From Gammaproteobacteria bacterium (GTDB lineage Bacteria; Pseudomonadota; Gammaproteobacteria; Arenicellales; Poriferihabitantaceae): DNA of 64,000 bases. The stretch covers positions 34,703 to 98,702 of the forward strand of contig JAPOSW010000123.1 in NCBI GenBank assembly GCA_026709505.1, written 5' to 3'. Every line of letters begins with the position of its first letter. Within the stretch, counting starts at the first letter, position 1. Both the position numbers and the translations under genes were made by a program. The notes under the pieces are model-generated. The model saw only the letters and a list, made by a program, of their open reading frames with translations, was not told where the DNA came from and did no database searches. Of the stretch, positions 35,672-45,101 are shown one piece after another.

Positions 35672-37285
35672 ATGTCTGTTTTGTCTGACAGTCTGAGCAG
35701 AGCGGCTGACTCCCTGCTTGATCAAAAACTTGATCAATATCTGGCGAAATTAAGACGGGGAATTGAAAAGGAAAGTCTTCGGGTAACTCCCGACGGCACG
35801 CTGGCTGCGACTCCCCACCCGCATGCCCTGGGCTCAAGTCTTACCCACAGTTCCATTACCACCGACTATTCGGAGTCTCTGCTGGAGTTTGTGACCGGCA
35901 TTCATGAGGATATACCGGCACTCTTGCAGGAGTTGCATGATATTCACCATTTCACTTATCAGCATATCGGCAATGAGAAGCTGTGGGTCAATAGCATGCC
36001 ATGCATTGTTGAGAGTGAAGAAAGGATTCCGATCGCCCAGTATGGAATTTCCAATATTGCGCGCATGAAAGAGGTATATCGGGAAGGACTGCATCATCGG
36101 TATGGTTCGCTCATGCAGACGATAGCGGGCATCCATTACAACTTTTCCTTGCCTGAAGAGTTCTGGAATGAACTCGCAAGGCAGGATGACCTTAAAACTG
36201 TCCAGAACTACAAGTCGTCACGGTATTTTGGCTTGATTCGAAACTATCATCGTCTATCGTGGGCTACGATTTACCTGTTTGGCGCCTCCCCGGCAGTGTG
36301 CCAGACGTTCCTGAGCGACCGCGAGCACTCCTTGACACCGTTGCATCGCCATACATTCTATGGTCCAAAGGCCACTTCTCTGAGACTGAGCAATCTCGGT
36401 TACAGCAATGAAGCGCAAAACGACATTTGCATTAACTACAACAATGTTGAATCGTTTGTGCGGTCATTGCGGCATGCCATTCAAACTTCGTACCCTCCCT
36501 ACGAGAAGATCGGAATCAAGGCTAATGGACACTACCGACAATTGAATTCGAATCTGTTGCAGATCGAAAATGAATTTTATGCAGCGATCCGTCCCAAGCG
36601 AGTGGCCAAGTCCGGTCAGAGCCCATCTCGTGCATTAAGTCTCGGAGGGGTTGAATATGTTGAAATCCGCAATATCGACCTGAACCCGTTTGTTCCGACA
36701 GGCATCGATGCGGATTGCATCCGCTTTTATGACTTGTTGTTACTGGCCTGCTTATTGTTGGACAGTCCGGATATGGACGATGCCGAATTTCAGGTGTGCT
36801 GGAAGAATCAACAGGAAATGGTCATGAATGGACGCAATCCGTCTGCCAACGTCATGCTGGCAGACGGCGAAAGAAATTCACATGATCAAATGCATGAATT
36901 GCTGGATGCATTGTCTCCCCTTGCAGAACTGCTCGATGCACTCGATAACAGCATTAACTATAAGCTTTCACTCCAATCGCAGAGACTCAAAATTGATGAT
37001 CCTGATCTGACTCCGTCCGGTCAGATTGCAGACAAAGTCACAAACAATGAGGAAAGCTTCTTTGAATTTGCCATGAATCTTGCCGAAGAGACCGAGCAAT
37101 ACTTCAAGAATACTCAACTTGACTCCAAGACATCCCGGAAGTTCAAGCAGCTTTCGGAGGAATCACACCAGGCCCAAAAGGACATTGAGGCATCAGATTC
37201 AATGAACTTTGATGATTTTTTGACAGACTACTTCAATCGGCAAAATGCCCCCTTGCCGACTTGTGGTTGTTACAATTCAGCATAA
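35672..37285 (+). CDS. gshA: Glutamate-cysteine ligase
   Basis: 537 aa. LRRGIEKESLRV and overall collinearity with the E. coli-type GshA. Confidence 0.9.
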   Translation: MSVLSDSLSRAADSLLDQKLDQYLAKLRRGIEKESLRVTPDGTLAATPHPHALGSSLTHSSITTDYSESLLEFVTGIHEDIPALLQELHDIHHFTYQHIGNEKLWVNSMPCIVESEERIPIAQYGISNIARMKEVYREGLHHRYGSLMQTIAGIHYNFSLPEEFWNELARQDDLKTVQNYKSSRYFGLIRNYHRLSWATIYLFGASPAVCQTFLSDREHSLTPLHRHTFYGPKATSLRLSNLGYSNEAQNDICINYNNVESFVRSLRHAIQTSYPPYEKIGIKANGHYRQLNSNLLQIENEFYAAIRPKRVAKSGQSPSRALSLGGVEYVEIRNIDLNPFVPTGIDADCIRFYDLLLLACLLLDSPDMDDAEFQVCWKNQQEMVMNGRNPSANVMLADGERNSHDQMHELLDALSPLAELLDALDNSINYKLSLQSQRLKIDDPDLTPSGQIADKVTNNEESFFEFAMNLAEETEQYFKNTQLDSKTSRKFKQLSEESHQAQKDIEASDSMNFDDFLTDYFNRQNAPLPTCGCYNSA

Positions 37286-37396
37286 TTTCCGGCATTCGTT
37301 GAAATGCGGATTGAGTGCAACAGTCAACAACCGTTGCCTTTATTTGCGATCTTCGGATGTTGTTCCCTTCAAGCCTGACCGATTGCAAAATTAAAC

Positions 37397-38566
37397 ATGA
37401 GTGATAACACCAAGCATAGTTTCCAGACCCGGGAGGTGCACGATGGCGTAGCACCTGATCCAACAACCGGCGCGATACTGACGCCGATTTACCAAACGAC
37501 AACCTATGTTCAGGAGTCTGTGGATCGTTACATGGACAAGGGGTATTCCTATAGTCGTTCGGGCAACCCTACAGTTACTGCGCTTGAAGAGAAAATCACT
37601 TCGCTGGAAAACGGCGTTGGCAGTGCTTGCTTCGCGACTGGCATGGCGGCCACAAGTGCCACCATGATGGCACTATTGAACCATGGTGATCACTGCATTC
37701 TGTCGGATGTTGTATATGGCGGAACGCATCGGCTTTCGACTCAGGTCTTGTCCAGATTTGGCGTGAGTTTCAGTTTTGTCGATACTTCAGACCCGGCCAA
37801 TGTCGTTCAGGCGTTGCGTTCTGAAACGCGTTTGATTTTTACGGAAACACCGGCAAATCCGACCCTCAAATTGACTGATATTGCGGCGGTCTCAGAGATA
37901 GCCAATGAGAAAACAATACCGCATGTGGTCGATAACACTTTTCTGACGCCGTATTTTCAGAGACCATTGGAACTCGGCGCTGACATTTCCCTGCATTCAA
38001 CCACAAAATTCATTGAGGGACACAACGTCAGTGTTGGCGGTTCGATTACAGCCAATAACGAAGAGATGCTTGAGTCGATCAAATTCGTGAGAAACTGTCT
38101 GGGAAGCAACATGACTCCGATGGTTGCATTCTATACATTGCAGGGGTGCAAGACATTAAGCACTCGAATTCAAGCCCAGTCAGAGAATGCAGCTCGTATT
38201 GCTGATTTCCTTACCACTCACAGTGCAGTTGAGCGGGTATGTTATCCGGGACTTGATTCCTTTCCTCAAAAGGAATTGGCAACTCGTCAGGCAAGCGGGT
38301 TTGGGTCAATGCTCTGGTTTGAGGTAAAAGGCGGTGTTGAAGCAGGCAAACAGTTGATGAACACGCTGCAGTTATGGAGCCTTGCTGAAAATCTGGGTTC
38401 TGTCGAGTCACTGGTTACCCATTCCGTGACGATGACGCATGCGGACATGCCGCGTGAGGAACGAATGTCGGCAGGCATTACGGATGGGTTGGTTCGCCTC
38501 TCGACCGGCCTGGAATCTGCCGAGGATCTGATATCCGATCTCAAGCAGGCACTAGATCGGTTATGA
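37397..38566 (+). CDS. Cys/Met-metabolism PLP-dependent enzyme (cystathionine beta-lyase / gamma-synthase / methionine gamma-lyase family)
   Basis: 389 aa with the PLP-lysine motif STTKFIEGH and a typical trans-sulfuration family N-terminus. Confidence 0.85.
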   Translation: MSDNTKHSFQTREVHDGVAPDPTTGAILTPIYQTTTYVQESVDRYMDKGYSYSRSGNPTVTALEEKITSLENGVGSACFATGMAATSATMMALLNHGDHCILSDVVYGGTHRLSTQVLSRFGVSFSFVDTSDPANVVQALRSETRLIFTETPANPTLKLTDIAAVSEIANEKTIPHVVDNTFLTPYFQRPLELGADISLHSTTKFIEGHNVSVGGSITANNEEMLESIKFVRNCLGSNMTPMVAFYTLQGCKTLSTRIQAQSENAARIADFLTTHSAVERVCYPGLDSFPQKELATRQASGFGSMLWFEVKGGVEAGKQLMNTLQLWSLAENLGSVESLVTHSVTMTHADMPREERMSAGITDGLVRLSTGLESAEDLISDLKQALDRL

Positions 38567-38651
38567 GGCAGATTAAGCCAAACCGGGGAAATGTCTCTAA
38601 GATTGCAATAATCCGGTCCTCTTCCAAAAAACTGACTTATGTCAAAACACA

Positions 38652-39155
38652 ATGAACAGTAATATCAAGAAATTTGTTGTCCCTGTAATCAGTTGGTGCG
38701 TAGTTGTCTGGATCTGCAGGGTATTCCTGACATCTATCCCCTATAAATTCACCAACCACCCAGACACTCAGCATATATTTGGAACGATTGGCGATTGGAT
38801 GGGCGAGGTGTTTTTCGAATGGCTGGGGGCGTTTTTTACCCAATTTGGACCCTATATTGTCGGCAGTTTTGAAATTTTGGCTTCGCTAGTCCTGATTGCC
38901 CCAGCGGTCTACTGGATTTTAGGCCTGCTTGGCTTGTTGAGCAGCCAAGGGGTACGTCAGAAATTCCATCAGTATGGTGGCCTCATGGCGAGTGCGGTTA
39001 TGACTGGCGCAGTTTTCTTCCACCTTTTCACCCCTTTGGGGGTTGAAGTCCTGCATGAAGGAGAGTCGGATGGTGGGTCGCTATTTTACGCGGCAGTTTC
39101 CATTGCTGTCTTGGGCATTGTGCTGTTCCTGCTTAATCGCCGGGTTGCGGATTAA
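38652..39155 (+). CDS. Small integral membrane protein (DoxX-like, tentative)
   Basis: 167 aa with four hydrophobic segments. Family assignment is tentative. Confidence 0.45.
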   Translation: MNSNIKKFVVPVISWCVVVWICRVFLTSIPYKFTNHPDTQHIFGTIGDWMGEVFFEWLGAFFTQFGPYIVGSFEILASLVLIAPAVYWILGLLGLLSSQGVRQKFHQYGGLMASAVMTGAVFFHLFTPLGVEVLHEGESDGGSLFYAAVSIAVLGIVLFLLNRRVAD

Positions 39156-39198
39156 TTCGAATACAATCTATTGGAAAATAGTTTTCTGCCCGACTCAT

Positions 39199-40422
39199 TT
39201 ATTGCGATGAAAACTGCTTCATCTTGTCGGCCTGTTCCGACTTTTGCTGTGCTGCTCTCTCCCTCTCTTGACTCAATATGAAACTGAAATAGCTCGGCAA
39301 AGCCGCTTTGTAATTCGTTGTTCCCAGCGGAGACCAAACGTAGTCCGTATCGATCATCTTGCGGAATATTCTGTCTGTTTCGATTGCGTTGCGACCTTGC
39401 TTTACAAGCTCTTCTTCTATCATTTCCTCTATGCGCAGTTTGTTGACATCGCCGATTTTCCATAGCCTGTCTGTCAAGGACACCAGCAACCTGCCGTCTC
39501 CTTTTGACCATTGACCGAATCTAGACTGGTATGCCAATTGCTTTCGTTTGCTTACCTCCGAACGAGCAAGTGCCACATCCGTTTCCTGGATAACATTCTG
39601 TCCCGCTTTCTCGATGCCAAGTTTCCAGAGCTCGCTGCCCCAGTATTGAAGATAGGTCGGATATCCCTGCGCATCCTCGATTACCTGATTCATTGCTGCC
39701 TGGGTGATTTTTATTGAAGAGTTCGACATAGGGTATTCTATTGCCGCCGCAGAGTCCCTGTCGCCAAGCAGGTCCAGGGAAATATACTCGCTTCGTTCTT
39801 CATAAGAGACCCCTGCCTCTCCAATCACGTCGAGCAACAAGGGCTTGCCGGCGAACACGCCTATGATTGGCCCACCCTTTCGACGAATCATTTCAATGTC
39901 GTCCATTACCGCCGCGAACACGTCCGGGGCTAGTCTGTGCGCCTCATCAACCATGAAAACCACTGGTCGCTTACGGCACTTTTCTGCCAGATTCCCACAA
40001 ACATTGGACCAACTCTTTTCTTTTGCGCTCCATTGCGCCGATACAACATTCAGATCGGCTATTACTCTCTCAGGCAGCAGTGAATTCCTGAAAGAAACAC
40101 CGATATCGTCAATCAGCGTCTTGCGCGCTTCCTCGATTGTTCGCATGGCATTTACCGCAGTCATGACCACCGCCGATTTGCCCTTTTTGCCCTCCTTGAG
40201 TGATTTGAGTTCTTTCCCGACCTGCTCAAGCAGACTCGTCTTTCCCATGCCCCTTGGGGCAAAGATATGCAAGTTGCTGGTTACCACCTCGCCACCAATT
40301 GTTCTTCCCAGCAATCCGTAAAGCTTGTGTTTTTCATCCTCCCGACCAGCGAGGAAGGGAGGGACCTTGCCGTGCCCTGTCGTAAACGGGTTCTTTGTTA
40401 TATTCTGTATTCCGTTTGCCAT
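39199..40422 (-). CDS. Orphan P-loop ATPase (archaeal-ATPase/AAA_16/ORC-like family)
   Basis: 407 aa. FLAGREDEKHKL, then Walker A APRGMGKTS and Walker B VVFMVDEAH. The helical C-terminal region is of unknown function. Confidence 0.7.
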   Translation of the reverse strand: MANGIQNITKNPFTTGHGKVPPFLAGREDEKHKLYGLLGRTIGGEVVTSNLHIFAPRGMGKTSLLEQVGKELKSLKEGKKGKSAVVMTAVNAMRTIEEARKTLIDDIGVSFRNSLLPERVIADLNVVSAQWSAKEKSWSNVCGNLAEKCRKRPVVFMVDEAHRLAPDVFAAVMDDIEMIRRKGGPIIGVFAGKPLLLDVIGEAGVSYEERSEYISLDLLGDRDSAAAIEYPMSNSSIKITQAAMNQVIEDAQGYPTYLQYWGSELWKLGIEKAGQNVIQETDVALARSEVSKRKQLAYQSRFGQWSKGDGRLLVSLTDRLWKIGDVNKLRIEEMIEEELVKQGRNAIETDRIFRKMIDTDYVWSPLGTTNYKAALPSYFSFILSQERERAAQQKSEQADKMKQFSSQ

Positions 40423-40676
40423 CGTTTGCCCTTAATGAGAAATTGCCGGTTTTCAGTCGCTCAAGTAATTTTGCAATTGGATGCAGGTTCAACAAACATG
40501 CAGGAGATGGGAATCAAAACGGAATTCATCAAGAGTTGCCAACCTCACAGTGGGTAGGCAACATCATCAAAGAAAGTTGCGAAGTTGTCAAGATGTCTGA
40601 TTTTATAGCGTGGAACGGCTTTAGGCCATCTCTTTCACTTCTATCCATATCGATTCTGATAGAATACTGCAAGTGC

Positions 40677-40968
40677 GTCCCCGTAGTTCAGCAGGATAGA
40701 ACGGTCGCCTCCTGAATATTGGGCATCGGGGTTGGAAACTCCCTGAATGAATCCACTCAAATTAGGGGAAACCTTAGCGGTTCAAGCCGATGGCAATCCC
40801 TAGCCAAGCCGATGACGGAAGGTATAGAGACTAAACGGGTGGGGCCTACGGGCAGTTGTGCCCATGGTCAAGAGATAGTCCAGACTCCAAACAGTCATGA
40901 ACTGGCAGTGAAAACTGTGGCGGGTATGAAGCGACAGGTCAGAGGTTCGAATCCTCTCGGGGACGCCA
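40677..40968 (+). tRNA. tRNA-Arg (CCU) gene interrupted by a group I intron in the anticodon loop
   Basis: Exon 1 is GTCCCCG-TA-GTTC-AGCAGGATA-GAAC-G-GTCGC-CTCCT (40677-40713). Exon 2 is AA-GCGAC-AGGTC-AGAGG-TTCGAAT-CCTCT-CGGGGAC-G-CCA (40929-40968). Joined, they give a canonical 77-nt cloverleaf with anticodon loop CUCCUAA. Confidence 0.85.
40714..40928 (+). ncRNA. Group I intron (IC3-like, tRNA-anticodon-loop type), 215 nt
   Basis: Follows a U (possible U-G wobble in P1: CCU with downstream GGG) and ends in G (omega-G, ...GGGTATG). Core strings CTCAAATTAGGGGAAACCTTAGCG, GATGGCAATCCCTAGCCAAGC and GGTATAGAGACTAAACGG parallel the conserved core of the Azoarcus tRNA-Ile IC3 intron as I recall it. 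Confidence 0.8.
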
Positions 40969-40997
40969 TATTGAACTCTCGCATACCGGTTCTGTCC

Positions 40998-41777
40998 GTG
41001 AATTCTGATCCTCCCGCTTTCATTGACCTTCTTGATCTTACGGGTCGAGTGGTTCTGGTCACCGGCGCAACAGGCGGCTTGGGTTCTCATTTTGCACATG
41101 TACTTGATAAAGCAGGTGCGACGGTTGCAATTGCAGGTCGAAATCGTAGGAAACTCGATCATGCTACTTCTGGCTTGTCGAATAGGACGCTGTCAGTCGA
41201 GCTTGATGTCCAAAGCAACCCGTCCATTTCTGATGCCATTGAATCCGTGGTCAACACTTTGGGACCGATTGATATTCTGGTCAATAATGCAGGAATTACG
41301 CATTCAGCCCGTTTCATTGGAATCGAGAAACAAGCCTGGTCTGAAATTATGGAAACCAACTTGCATGGAATGTTTCGGCTTTCTCAGTTGGTTTCTCGGT
41401 ACATGCTGGAAAATCAGAGATCAGGATGTATCTTGAATATTGCCTCTATCCTTGGAATGCAGCCGGGTTTTGGGCAGACAGCCTATTCGGTCTCAAAAGC
41501 AGGAGTTATTCAACTTACCAGGAGTATGGCACTGGAACTTGGCCCTAAAGGGATTCGTGTAAATGCGCTCTGCCCTGGATACTTCAAGACAGACATGAAT
41601 CGCGAGTATCTGGATTCTGATGCCGGAATTGCATACATTGAAAAAACCCCTGCTGGCCGGACCGGACAGATGCATGAACTGGATATTCCGTTATTAATGC
41701 TGGTCAGCGATGCCGGTAATTTTATCAATGGCGCCGTGATACCCGTTGATGGCGGGCACTTGGTTCAATCCCTGTGA
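40998..41777 (+). CDS. Short-chain dehydrogenase/reductase
   Basis: VTGATGGLG, NNAG and YSVSKAG motifs. The track ORF start (40719) runs through the tRNA and intron and is spurious. GTG 40998 is the first plausible start after the tRNA, but the start remains uncertain. Confidence 0.75.
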   Translation: MNSDPPAFIDLLDLTGRVVLVTGATGGLGSHFAHVLDKAGATVAIAGRNRRKLDHATSGLSNRTLSVELDVQSNPSISDAIESVVNTLGPIDILVNNAGITHSARFIGIEKQAWSEIMETNLHGMFRLSQLVSRYMLENQRSGCILNIASILGMQPGFGQTAYSVSKAGVIQLTRSMALELGPKGIRVNALCPGYFKTDMNREYLDSDAGIAYIEKTPAGRTGQMHELDIPLLMLVSDAGNFINGAVIPVDGGHLVQSL

Positions 41778-41880
41778 CTTCGTGAATCTTCACAGGAGGC
41801 AGGTCATCCAATCTGGTTTTATCGGGATTGTACCCGCCGGGTGCTTGCATCCCTTGATACAGAAACTTCGAACGCCAAGA

Positions 41881-42867
41881 TCAGACTTGCAGTACTACTT
41901 TGGGAGCAGCACATTGTCCTTCGAAAATTTGCTTGAATGCTTCTGCTCCAGTATCTAACGGTCTTGGTGAAATCCAGTCAAGGGATCCCAAAGCCCCACT
42001 ATGCAGCTTTTCGAGAGTCACCCGAAGATCGACGGGGGAATACGTATAACAACCGATGAAGGTGATTTCCTGGAGTGTCATGCGGCGAGTATCCAGCTGA
42101 CCTTCATTGTCCATGAGACCAATATGTACCACAATGCCACCGGACCGAACACAATCCACAGCCGTACTGCGGGTTCTGGCATTGCCTACCGCATCAAACA
42201 CCAAGTCATAGGCCTCTCTATCTGGTGGGCTGTCAATCGGATCAAACACTGAGCAATTTGTATGTTCCATCACAGTTTGGCGTCGAAGCAGGTTGGTTTC
42301 TGAAATTTCAGTTTGAACTCCCTTGTCCTTGAGCGCAAGCGCAGTCAATAACCCGACAGAGCCAGCACCAATAACAAGGGACTTGGTTTCGCTGATTGGT
42401 CGTGAAACCGACCGTTCAGCAAGATTAACAGCATGTATCGCAGTAGCTCCGGGTTCTGTTAGCGCAGCCTTGTCAGGATCCATTCCTTCTGGAACTTCAA
42501 TCAGGTTTCGTTCGGGAATTGCTATCATTTCTGCAAATGCACCCGGTCGATACATGCCTATCAGATCCCGCTCGGCGCAGAGATTTTGTCTTCCTGACAG
42601 GCAATAGTCGCACTGCATGCAAGTAATCAGGGGATTCAGTACCACACGACTGCCGGGGCTGGACCCTTCCATAACCGTACCCACAGCTTCGTGTCCCAGA
42701 ATGAGGGGCGGGACCCGACGTTCATCATGCCCAAGATAGGCATGCATGTCCGAACCACAAATTCCGACACTCTGAACTTTAACCAACGAATCACCCTGTC
42801 CCACTTCAGGATCCGGTTCATCGCGGTAAGTCATCTCTTGTTCTGCAGTAAAGACCAGTGCTTTCAT
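41881..42867 (-). CDS. Zinc-dependent alcohol/polyol dehydrogenase (MDR family)
   Basis: MKALVF..., zinc motif GICGSDMH and Rossmann GAGSVGL. Start moved to ATG 42867, which has GGAG upstream. Confidence 0.85.
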   Translation of the reverse strand: MKALVFTAEQEMTYRDEPDPEVGQGDSLVKVQSVGICGSDMHAYLGHDERRVPPLILGHEAVGTVMEGSSPGSRVVLNPLITCMQCDYCLSGRQNLCAERDLIGMYRPGAFAEMIAIPERNLIEVPEGMDPDKAALTEPGATAIHAVNLAERSVSRPISETKSLVIGAGSVGLLTALALKDKGVQTEISETNLLRRQTVMEHTNCSVFDPIDSPPDREAYDLVFDAVGNARTRSTAVDCVRSGGIVVHIGLMDNEGQLDTRRMTLQEITFIGCYTYSPVDLRVTLEKLHSGALGSLDWISPRPLDTGAEAFKQIFEGQCAAPKVVLQV

Positions 42868-43127
42868 ATCCACTCCATTGTTTGCGCGAATAAATTTGTT
42901 CCAGATCCATGCCAGCATATCTGTCCGTAGGATGCAAGAGAAATTTGCCAAATGCTGTATGGATGGCGTTGAATAGAATAATGCATTGTATGCCTACGAT
43001 GTATTCAAGGAATGAAGTTATATGATTATTATTAGAAAAAATAGTTAAATGATTGTTTATATGGTGAGTATATCTCCGAAATAGGCCTCGTTGCTGGCTC
43101 TTCATTCAAGAATCCTTCATCCTGCCC

Positions 43128-44874
43128 TTAAATCACCGCATTTTCGATGAATGGCAATCCTTTTAAAATGCGTTCGTAGTCCAGTTCCAACAGATCCAAT
43201 GACCGATACTTTCCATAAGTAATTAATTCGCAAATTCCCCTACCTACGACGGCTGAAGTCCATGACCGGAAAACCATTGGCAAAATAAAAATGACTGATC
43301 TGGCCATGCAGGCCAACTATGGCATTTTGATCCGATGTATTGTAATCATAGTGCTCTGCCCAGCAGCTGAGCATCTTGTTTGCTTCAAAATTTTTGGATC
43401 GGTCAGCAAGATTAATCCAGATATCTTCAAACTGATCGTAGACTGGACCAAGATCATCGGGGTCCGTTTCTTTATCTGGATCCGGTGATATGTCAGCAAG
43501 AAATGCATCTCCTTCCGGACGACAAAACACCCGGGATGAGTCAATCATCAGTGGCAATTTCCCATTGCCAATGGCGGCATTGCCCTGCGGAGAGTTGGAG
43601 GACTTGAATACAAAGGTCGTTCGTTTGCGCGGTTCAACAGGAATCTTCAGTCCAGTCATGGCAGCAATCTGATCACCTCTTGTGCCTGCCCCATTCACTA
43701 TGCTGTCGCAGTATATTCTTGTGCTATCCGTCAGCGTTATGGAATTCACCCTTTCGCTAGAATGACTGATGGAGACCACTTCTCCAACGATTAATTCGGC
43801 TTCTTGCTCAATAGCCTTTTGTCCGAAGCTTTCCATCATTGCAGTATTGGAAAACCAGCCTTCAATTCATCCTGTTCAAGCAACACAGCAGGCCTGAACC
43901 TGATGATTGGCCATTAGTACCTTTTCCTGACTCTCGGTTGAGGCCAGAAACAGGCAAACGTTTTCCTGAAAAGACAAATCCGGTTTATGCCGACCGGTTT
44001 CCATGTTGTCGGCAAACCCGCGAATAAACTCCGTACCAAGTTGACTCGTTCGCAAATTGACCGGTTTCGAAAACTGGTGATGTATTGAATTTGAACTAAG
44101 CGATGTAGCGGCTTTTGAGTAGGTGGCATCCATTTCGATCATTGTGGCCGATCCTCCCTCTGAAATCGCGGTTTGATGTTAAGAAATATGCAACGGAGCT
44201 TACGATTGACCTTCATCGTTTGGATTCCCAGTTCGCAAAACCACCCGCCTAGAATCTTTACTGCAATGAAATCACGGTCGGCAGGCAGTGCTACTTGCTC
44301 AACCTGCTGTCGGAAGGATTCCGGTCTATGTTATGGTTTAAATCCTCTCATATGGACACTGTTGACTCGGAGGATTGCCTGGATGAATGCTTGCCGTGTC
44401 GTGATATTCGCCGTTCAGCCCGGTTTCCCGGTCCGGCAATCCGGGCTTTCGCCCGCCATGCCCCTGCGGGCATGAGCGGGAATTGCCGGGCTTGTGCCGA
44501 AAGCCCGGAAAAAGTGCCGGAATGGTGACATTTTGTCCCCTCACTGGTATTTGCTGTGGGAAAAATGCCCAGTAACCATCATAGCGAGGCCGAAAACCTC
44601 CCGGAGTCAACAGTGTCCATATGAAAGGTTTACATCCAATGTGACCAGCCTAGAAGTCATCAACTACTTTAAGCTGATTGTCTGAAATGCCAAAGTAATG
44701 GTGGGCATATTGAGCACAGTCATCGCATGGCAAGCCAGCGGCGTACCAGGTTGAGCCAGATGTCAGCTTGCTCCTCTTCGGCATGATCACATCCTAGCAG
44801 CCATGGCTTGTCAATCCATGCACAATTGATTTGCCAATACATCCGCCACCGACAACATCTATTTCATTTATCAT
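43128..44874 (-). pseudogene. FAD-dependent oxidoreductase (DAO/SoxB-like) pseudogene, multiply frameshifted and insertion-disrupted
   Basis: Homologous pieces lie in different frames. These are the N-terminal dinucleotide fold MINEIDVVGGGCIGKS...(TAG stop)...GSTWYAAG at 44700-44874, SIHHQFSKPVN...DLSFQENVCLFLAST in ORF 43876..44142, the 199-aa ORF 43240..43839, and the C-terminal ...VVGRGICELITYGKYRSLDL in ORF 43128..43316. A 281-bp IR element sits at 44346-44626. Confidence 0.7.
44346..44626. mobile_element. MITE-like non-autonomous element with ~28-bp terminal inverted repeats
   Basis: IR-L is TCTCATATGGACACTGTTGACTCGGAGG (44346-44373). IR-R is CCTCCCGGAGTCAACAGTGTCCATATGAAA (44597-44626). 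The 21-nt core is identical. The element is flanked by direct repeat GGTTTAAATCC (44335-44345) / GGTTTACATCC (44627-44637). The interior is GC-rich with nested hairpins and no credible ORF. Confidence 0.6.
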
Positions 44875-45101
44875 GAAATAATGCCTTTGATAGTTTGGCT
44901 TGGTAATTGATAAATTATAAATGAGGCTTTTGCGCTTGGAGAAAACTTCAGGTCATATTCTGGTAAAAGAAGTTTTTGGTCTTAAAAATAAACGATATTT
45001 CAGAGAGTTTCAGGTACCTCAAAGCCTTTAGCGAGTTCCCACGCCCTTTATGGAATAATATGAACTATAATAGTCCATAATTGGAATATTTGAGAAATAA
45101 A

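Noticed and set aside
37286-37396. Possible SAM riboswitch upstream of the Cys/Met PLP enzyme gene.
   Set aside because: I looked for SAM-II/SAM-V-type features (pseudoknot with an AAAGCU box) and saw none. The leader is also short.
40719-40997. N-terminal 93 codons of the track ORF 40719..41777.
   Set aside because: This stretch is the group I intron and the 3' exon of tRNA-Arg. The SDR homology only begins after ~41000.
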